Below, piece by piece: positions 47,158-64,000 of a stretch of DNA of 64,000 nt. This stretch comes from the human T2T-CHM13v2.0 reference genome, Homo sapiens, in assembly GCF_009914755.1 (NCBI RefSeq), contig NC_060926.1; one strand, 5' to 3'. Numbering within the stretch: position 1 is the stretch's first letter; each line of letters starts with the position of its first letter. Under the pieces are notes generated by a model. That model was not told the origin of the DNA. It did no database searches and saw only the letters and a program-made list of their open reading frames with translations. The position numbers and the translations under genes are program-made.

Positions 47158-47459
47158 GATAGGTTGTTTTAAATAATGCATTTGTATTGTTTTCTAAAAT
47201 ATAAAATGCTTCTCATTTTTAAAAATGATTCTAAGGAATACTAAAGCTTTGGAAATGCAGAAAAGGTACTGTTACAATTGTGTATATTTTATAGAATATG
47301 CTTACGTGCTTTTGTACTACTATGGAAAAAATTGTTACTTTGAGAACATCAATTTAACATTTACGTTTAATCTTAACGTTCTACTATTTGTACAAATTAT
47401 AGAGCAAACTTCTGAAAGCATTTGTCATTCCAAAGACATAATGTAATTTTATCCTTTAA

Positions 47460-47639
<180 letters not shown>

Positions 47640-48516
47640 TGAGAATTCTTGAAATGTTTTAGTTAAGGTAGAAGGTTATGTTTATTGTAAATATGTGGCC
47701 CCAGATTTTAAAGTGTTTTCTATGTAGTAAGACTCCACACATTAATATTCAATTCTGTCAGCCTGTCATTATTAGATGAAGTCAGACAATGTGAAAAAAG
47801 GAAAACATTTAAGGAAGAAACAAAGGCTTAGAAAGAAAGACTTATAACAGGAAAGCCAAAGAAATGAATAGAGCAGATCAATCTATCGTTTAATAAAAGC
47901 TCTCTAAGTATGTGAATTACGTAAGAGAATATTATGATGGACTCTTCTAACTTGATTATAATTGAAACAATAATGAAGAAGCTTAAAACCTTCATATTTT
48001 AGTTAGGTATAAAATAGAGTTTATGTATTGAAGTGGTTCTCAAAGAACACTAGAGGGCCTTTTCTGAAGATAGTGGAATAGAGTAGATTATTTCTCAAGT
48101 CCAAGGATTCAAGTAATTTTTTGTTGGTTTTCATCTCAGTGACCATTTCAGGATAGTTTGTGATTAATATTTATACATCATAAAGAGAAAAAATAGTTTT
48201 CTCTATTTTCAAAAACAGTGAAGTTAAAAAAGTTCATAATCATATGCACTTTAAAAATTCAAAAATTACCAAAGAATATAAAATAGTCATAGAAGTAATG
48301 CATCCAAATGCTATAGGCCAAGGTAATTTTGCTAATAATTTCCTAAGTATACACATGCGTCTACACTTCATGATTTGGTAAAAATAAAACTGCTTCCACT
48401 TTTATTTTCAATGTATTTATTTGTGTAATTTTATGTACTATTTTATTGTGTAATTTTATGTTAAATATGAGGATATATGTTAATTAAAATTGTGTAATTT
48501 GTTTGTTTGTTTTTAG

Positions 48517-48837
<321 letters not shown>

Positions 48838-49074
48838 TAATGCTTAAGCAAATTTAGAGTTTTTTTTGTTGTCTAAATATATTCTGAAGAATATATTTAG
48901 AATATAGAAGAATATATTCTGAAGAATATATTTCATGTGAAGAGTGTATTTGTTTTAATTGAAGCTGAAAGGGAAGAAAAAGCCCCTCCACATACCTAAT
49001 AGTTTTTGTTTTGTAGGCATAAATAAAGCAAACCTTTTTTGGGAAATATTTCAGTTATCATCCATAATACTGCC

Positions 49075-49785
<711 letters not shown>

Positions 49786-50231
49786 CTGCCAGTACTTTTG
49801 ACAGATTTTAATGAATTGATGAAACAAAATATAACCGTATCTCTAGAAGAAATTATGTAACTGCTTCCAAAATCATGAGCCTTATTCCAAAACTTGTCAT
49901 TTTTTCAACTGATATATTAATATATCTGAAGAATTCATGAAGGCAGTAGAATTAGGGAACCTTGGATAAGTTTGCAAACTGTTTTTCATTTTGTTTTGGC
50001 TTTTTGTTTTTCTTTTGGCTATGATTTTAAACATATGTACTAATAGTTATTGGATCCTAACTACTTTCAAAATTATATGTATATTCTAACAGGATGTTCA
50101 GGAGTTAAGCTTTTAAGAGTTATGTAACTGCAGAATAGCTTCTTATTTGTCTAAATATCTTTTTTAGATTGCATGGGAATTTTGAGATGAATGGGATTGC
50201 CCACATTTCAGACTTTATATTAGAACCTTAT

Positions 50232-55229
<4,998 letters not shown>

Positions 55230-56864
55230 CAGTTGCATTCTTTATATCCCTCTTGGAGGTTAGTGATACATTTTTAAAATTCTGCTATAAAGGAACCAGT
55301 TTACTTTTGTTTTGTCCTACTGTTTCACCAGCTATTTGAGCATAGAACATATTTTGTTATTATAACTTAGTTGTTAACAAATGCTAGTTTGGGAAAAGCT
55401 GCTCCAGAGGATTTTTAAAATAGTCAACAGTTTTTTTTGTACTCAATTGTAGGAGGTATTTAATCATTCATTTGCTTAAAACTTATTGAATGTCTTCTTA
55501 GTCCAAGAATTATGCTATACCCTTACAATACAAAGATAAATAAATAAAAGTCTCTGTCTGTAAGAAGCTTACAATCTAAAGCAAAATAAATTTTTTAAAA
55601 AATAAGTTCAACATAACTTTATGAGCATTTATTTTTCTTTTTAGCTACCATTTATGGGGTGTTAACAATATGTTAAGCACTATGCTAAGTATTTCACGTG
55701 TATTGTTTCACTTAATCTTCACAAAAGCCCTGAGAGGTATATGGTATTATTGGTTATCTTTTCTAAGCTTTAGTTTTCTGAAGCTCAGTAAGATAAGTAA
55801 CTTGCTTAGACTCATAATTCCATTGAATCCTGGAGTTAGAACCCAGCCTGTTTAATTTATATCCTTAACTAATATACAATATTTCTTTGTTGGAATAATG
55901 TACGGAATAATGTACAAATTAATAGTGAGGGTACAAATGAGGAGTGGTTTGTTGTTCCAGGAAGCTAGAAAATCATAAAGAAGATGGTATCATTTGTGTT
56001 TTAAAAGACAAGGTTGAGCAGGGATGCATGGTAAATATCACCTAAAAAGGCATAGACTGTAAAACTGGGTTCTACATGTGTTTGGGTATAGGACACTGAG
56101 CAAGAGGAGATGAGACTAGAGAGCAAGGTCACATTAGAGCAAACCTCCTATGTCAGAGTAGATAATAGGCAATGGATAGAATTTTTAGCAGAAGAGTAAT
56201 ATTATCGGATTCGCATTTTAGAAATGGTCTTAAGCTGCAGTGTGAAAGTTGGATTGGAGGAATGGATTCTAGAGAGTGTCATACCATTAGGAGATTATTC
56301 TGTTAAAACAGGTCATAGATACACAGTTTTTAGTTACAGACTAAAGTAGTAACTAGAGAAAGACGTGTCTGTCTCGGAGACGGATAACGTTTAAGTATTT
56401 GTTTGATTAAAGCAATTTTTCTCAATTGTTTAAGAGGAAAGCAGTAACTACATCATGTGCGCTAAAATTTGTAGGTTTACTTTCTTTTGGAATGGGGATT
56501 AGATTAGATTCAAGGATGCTGCATTACCTGAAAATTCGGATTGAATATGAAGTTAACATGCCTTTACGAATGGAGGTTAGCAAATAACACTGTTTCTAAA
56601 GTTACAGACTAAGCTCTTACTCTGAATGCAGCCAGAATTGTCTGGCAACAACATGAGGGAAAATAGTATCTTATGCCTGTAATTGTATTTTTATATTATG
56701 ATTTTTTTTTTGTTCTATGGTTTATCTCTCATTTTAATCACACGTTTTATGTGTATCTTGAAATTGTGCCTAGGGAAGTGCTAATGGAAATAAAACATTG
56801 AATTTTTTTAAAGCAAAAAATCTGTTTTCATGTATTTGTTTAAAAGAGAAAAATTTAAAAACTA

Positions 56865-57175
<311 letters not shown>

Positions 57176-57263
57176 TCACTGTGGCTGGCGAACAAGTTCT
57201 GCCTATAGCTCATCTGTCAGATGACAAGTAGCAGTGACCTACTTTTCTAAGTGGGTGCTTTAG

Positions 57264-57622
<359 letters not shown>

Positions 57623-57757
57623 TAAAATTCATATTATGGGCATCTTATCTTTGACTATCCTATATTCCTTTTTGTATTATGGTGAAATGTTCTATATGTG
57701 GTTAAATTTATGTTTTGTTCTAATTGGTTGTTTGCCATATTTTTCTTTTATTCTTAG

Positions 57758-57853
<96 letters not shown>

Positions 57854-58062
57854 TAATAGTAAATGTTGGGCAACATCTTACATAATTTACTGATACTCTT
57901 ATTAAGGATTTTGTTTTTAAAGCACTGCCAGATTGATCTAAATAATAGGTCTCAGTTAAAGGGTTATGCAAACATACAATTTGAAGGGTAAACAAATGCA
58001 AAGTTAAATGACTAACATAGTTGAATGACTTTGGTTTGAAGTATAGTTACCTTTGTAAGCTA

Positions 58063-58182
58063 CAGCAGGTCTTTGGATAATGTCGTTCATTATAAAGTCA
58101 GTGAGAAAAAAATTGATTCCTGGCAGGGGCAACTGTCTGTGTGGAGTTTGAATGTTTTTGCCATGTCTGTATGGGTTCTCAA
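58063..58182 (+). mobile_element. Tigger3 (TcMar) left-end fragment
   Basis: TA then cagcaggtc...ataatgtcgtt terminus and ggggcaactgtctgtgtggagtttg motif. Confidence 0.7.
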
Positions 58183-58559
58183 ATCTTATTTTCCTTTTTC
58201 ATTGGCCTCATATTTATGTCACAGCTGGAACTTTGCTTCCATCTAGAGGCTTCTACTTACTTTCCAAGACCAAACTGCTCTTATGGGTATCCCTAGCACT
58301 TTATTATTTCACTTACCATGGCAAATAGTAACTGTTTGGTTAATGCTCTAGTAGTCCAAAAGAACTTTGAAGGAAGGGTCACTGCTTTTTTCTTTTTTTT
58401 AATCAGTTCCTGGTACAGGGTTATGCAACAAATAAGTGTTGACTGAGTGATTAAATTAGTAAAGGTTGTTTAGGGTGAGAAAGGCTTAATTCTTAAATAT
58501 AGTGTTTCCTTAAATGATATTTTAAATAGAAGTTATAACCTAAGTTAAATAAAAGAAAT

Positions 58560-58643
58560 ATAAAAGATAATTATAAGAGGGCTTGCCGGTAAATCAGGGA
58601 AATAAAAGATAATTATAAGAAGACTTGCTGGTAAATCAGGAAA
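58560..58643. repeat. 42 bp tandem duplication (4 mismatches)
   Basis: ataaaagataattataagagggcttgccggtaaatcagggaa / ataaaagataattataagaagacttgctggtaaatcaggaaa. Confidence 0.92.
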
Positions 58644-59004
58644 AAAAAAAAAAACTTTTCTAATCAGTTAACACCAACCAAATACGTTTATTATTTCAGT
58701 GAAAAGAAATCATTAAGATAATTTTGCCTATGTAGAAATTAATCTATCAATTAGTGTTAATTTCATGTTATTCATGATATATAAAGGATTTTTCTCCTTA
58801 ATTTTGGTATAAGAACACTTGTTCTTTTTCTTTTCTTTTCTTTTTTCTTTTTTTTTTTTTTGAGGCAGAGTTTTGCTGTCGCCCTGGCTGGAGTGCAGTG
58901 GATCTCGGCTCACTACAACCTCTGCCTCCCAGGTTCAAGCGATTCTCCTGCCTCAGCCTTCCAAGTAGCTGGGATTATAGGCACCTGCCACCACACCCAG
59001 CTGA

Positions 59005-59181
<177 letters not shown>

Positions 59182-59859
59182 TGAATGACACTTCATAAGT
59201 TAACTTTTGCTTTACTTGTAAGACTGGTTTTACAAAGCTGATTCCATGTGGTATTTTATATATAGAAATCTGTTTATATGTACCATACATACCTGAAAAT
59301 CAAAGCCGTTTTTTTGTGGCCTGAGTTACAGCTATGTGGATTATTAACTAGTTAGACTTTTGGCTAATGTGGAAATCAAAAAGCAACAGATTATCAAGAG
59401 AAAGGCGTATTTTTATACTGTAGCCAAATCAAAGACCAAAAAAGTTAAATGACAACTGGTAAAATAATATTTGCCTTCCAAAAAGTTAATTTACTTATTT
59501 ACACAAAGAGCTCTTCAAAACTGGTATGACAAACAGTCAAAACAAAGTAGAAGATATGAGGCCAGGCACAGTGGTTCACACCTGTAATCCCAGTACTTTG
59601 GGAGGCCATGGCGGGCAAATTGCTTGAGCTCAAGAGTTTGAGACCAGCCTGGGCAACATGGCAAAACTTTGTACAAAAAATACACACGTTAGCTGAGTGT
59701 GGTGGCACATGCCTGTAGTCTCAGCTACTTGGGAGGCTGAGGTGAGAGGATCACTTGAGCCTGGAAGGTCGAGACTGCAGTGAGCCGTGATCAGGCCAGT
59801 GCACTCCAGCTGAGTGACAGAGCGAAACCCTGTCTCAAAAACAAACAAGAAAAACCCAA

Positions 59860-60115
59860 CAAAGTAGCAGATATGTAGGATGAACAAGTCCAGAGATCTA
59901 ATGTAAAACATGAGGACTATAGTTAATAAAATTACATTTTATTAGGGAGTTTTGTTAAATAAGTAGATTTTAGCTGCTCTTGTCACAAAGTAACTATGTG
60001 AAATGATAGAAATGTTAATCTGCTTCACTATAGTAACCATTTTATTATCTATGTGTATCCTACAACATTATTTTGTAAACCTCAAATATACACAATAAAA
60101 TTTATTTCTAAGAAA
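59860..60115 (+). mobile_element. L1MA-type 3' end
   Basis: gtagcagatatgtaggatgaacaagtc...atgaggactatagttaataa...caataaaattt. Confidence 0.75.
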
Positions 60116-60856
60116 ACAAGCAAAGAATATGAAGAGGTTGTTTGAAGACTTAAGTTATGTCCACGTGGCAATTCAGAACACTTTAATAATTAATAATAAG
60201 AGCAAACCTTGTATGGTATCGACTGTATGTCAGAGACTGCACTTTTTATATATTAGCTTACTTAATCCTTGCAATACTTTATGAAGTGGGTGTTACTATT
60301 ATCCTCATTTTACAGATGAAGAAACTGAAGCCAGTGATATTAGTAACTTATCAAAAGATATAGAAAATATTTTATTAAGCTACCCAAAATATCCAAAACT
60401 TTGAACTTTGCCTGAAATACCCTCTCTACCTTTTTGTTAACTAAAAGTCGAGGAGTCAGTCATATTTCTACCACCAAATGCATTTTTTTTCATTGTTTAT
60501 TCTCTTGTTTATTATGCCTAATTGCCTAGTGACAGTTGTTTTTCCATTGTTGGAGTTACATTATAAAGTCCACTTATGGGGCTATGTTTCATTTGCCTAT
60601 GTTCGAAATCCCTAAAATTTGGAAAATGAAGATGGAGTAAAAATGGTCTGGCCTGATCTCTCTTGAGTTTTGATTATGGTGACCCTTGAGGCTGCCCTGT
60701 AAAGCATCTTCCTACACAAAAATTCCTTCAGCTTAGGTTATCCTGTACATTGCTCAAAGGTTTATCTAGCAGATTATAACTTCATACATGTGAAGATATT
60801 AAATGACAAAATTGTCCTCCTTTTATAAGATTTAAACATTATAATTTTCCCTTTAG

Positions 60857-61057
<201 letters not shown>

Positions 61058-61445
61058 TGAGAAATTTGAGAATTAATTGAGAAATAAATGAAAATGTTTT
61101 ACTGTCATTAGGAAGAAACTTAACCATTTGTAGCTGTAGCAGTTGTTTCTACTTTTACTAATATCATTCAGAAAGTTTATAATACTTTCATCAAAAAACG
61201 ACAGCTTAATCTCCAGTATCCTTAGTTTATACTCTTAGTGGAAATATGACCACATTGTTAAATTTGTGGTAGAGAAAATATGTGCACATAAATATACAAT
61301 ATTATAGTTGCTGCTTTTTCTGATTCTATTGTACAATAGAGCGTTGGAAGCTGACTGCTGAACCAGATTTCTACTTTGTGTAACAGTGTGCATTAAGATA
61401 TAGAAAATGTGATATAAAAGTGATTAGAGAAATTATGATAATTAA

Positions 61446-61625
<180 letters not shown>

Positions 61626-62013
61626 TAGCTAATAATTGTGATTTGCAGTTGATGTTGGGATTTTTTCTTCCTAATAAATATATTTTTAAAGATTATTACA
61701 ACTTGAATTATATTAATGGATATAATTTGTTCACAGGCAGCTTTTAAAAACTTGTATGGAATCATCTTATACAAGAAATACTTATTTTATGTAATAGTGT
61801 ATAATCTTTGATGTATACAACCTTGTTTGATAGCTTTGATATTTGGGATGTTGAGAAATATAAGACTATTTTAGGAATATGACACTAGGAGAATATATTC
61901 TGGTCTAATATCAGAAAAACCAATACTTAAGTTTTTATTTTTCTAATGTGGGTTTTTCTATTTTTATACTTAGTAGATGTTCTGATTAATGATTTAAAAT
62001 TATAACTTAATGA

Positions 62014-62504
<491 letters not shown>

Positions 62505-62559
62505 TAGACTTTCTCTTTACCAGCGATTCTAGTATGTTTTAACTGGAGAGAGGTAGGAT

Positions 62560-62810
62560 ACAGTGGAGGTTAAAATGATGAACAGTGGATCGCATACACC
62601 GAGTTTGAATCTGGCTTTCATTAATTGTGCAACTGTAGGCAAATTACTCAACTTCTCTGTGCTTGGGTTTCTTCATTTTTGAAAGGAGATAAGAAAACTG
62701 TTACCTCCTTTGGTTGTGTTGAGGATTAAGTTAATTAGTTAATAATGTAAAACACTTAAAGTATGTCTGCTATGCAGTGGGTGTTGTATTCACATAAGCT
62801 ATTTTATTCA
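62560..62810 (+). mobile_element. MIR (further MIR-like pieces near 12905-13080, 16830-16990, 29480-29650, 31560-31770, 55640-55850, 60190-60360)
   Basis: MIR core-like ggcaaattactcaacttctctgtgctt...tttcttcat...gtgttgaggattaa. Confidence 0.6.
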
Positions 62811-62945
62811 CTGAAACTCTTAACTCAGAAGATTTTCCTTAAAAAGAAAAGCAAGCCAAAGTTACTATGAATCTCAGAATTACATGGAAATATTTTTTTA
62901 ACACTATGAATTCTTTTATGTAGAAAATATAGAAATGTAAAAATT

Positions 62946-63577
<632 letters not shown>

Positions 63578-63596
63578 TAAGAAGTAAATTTTATCT

Positions 63597-63910
63597 TTTT
63601 TTTTTTTGAGATGGAGTCTCGCTCTGTCACCCAGGCTGGAGTGCAGTGGCACGATCTCGACTCACTGCAACCTCCATCTCCCAGAAGGAGAAGTGGTTCT
63701 CCTGCCTCAGCCCCCTGAGTAGCTGACATTACAGGTGTGCACCCCCACACTGAGCTAATTTTTTGCCGTTTTTTTTTTTTTTTTTTTTCCGGTAAAGACA
63801 GGGTTTCACCATGTTGGTCAGGCTGGTCTTGAACTCCTAACCTCAAATGGTCTACCCGCCTAGGGCTCCCAAAGTGCTAGGATTACAGGCGTGAGCCACC
63901 ACGCCAGGCC
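63597..63910 (-). mobile_element. AluS downstream of exon R with an expanded central A-rich linker
   Basis: 17 bp TSD agaagtaaattttatct at 63580-63596 and 63911-63927. Confidence 0.92.
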
Positions 63911-64000
63911 AGAAGTAAATTTTATCTACTAACTAAATTTTTCATAAAATAGATGACAGTGTAATTTAATATTCCAATTAGCTAGAAAATTTAATATATG

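Overview
Primate (most likely human) genomic DNA from inside a large + strand gene that I recognise from its spliced translation as NBEAL1 (neurobeachin-like 1, BEACH family). I traced 18 internal coding exons between 3903 and 63442. All have GT-AG boundaries and consistent phases, totalling 2890 nt (about 963 codons, no internal stop). Start and stop codons lie outside the window. The introns are repeat-dense: roughly 55-60 Alu copies, a ~5.8 kb antisense L1 split by five Alus, older L1M pieces, an SVA_A, MaLR LTRs, DNA transposon fossils and an RPL23A processed pseudogene. There are no prokaryote-type systems, and I cannot support a claim of a wholly new biological system. The best leads are: (1) a TSD-flanked, 3'UTR-only retrocopy at ~23760-25230 that resembles the distal SP1 3'UTR (from memory); (2) a candidate TDP-43-repressed cryptic poison exon at 19473-19636; (3) an SVA_A that inserted already shortened at both ends; (4) several splice and polyadenylation oddities. 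Exon coordinates were counted base by base. Repeat boundaries and subfamily names are approximate and come from recalled consensus sequences.
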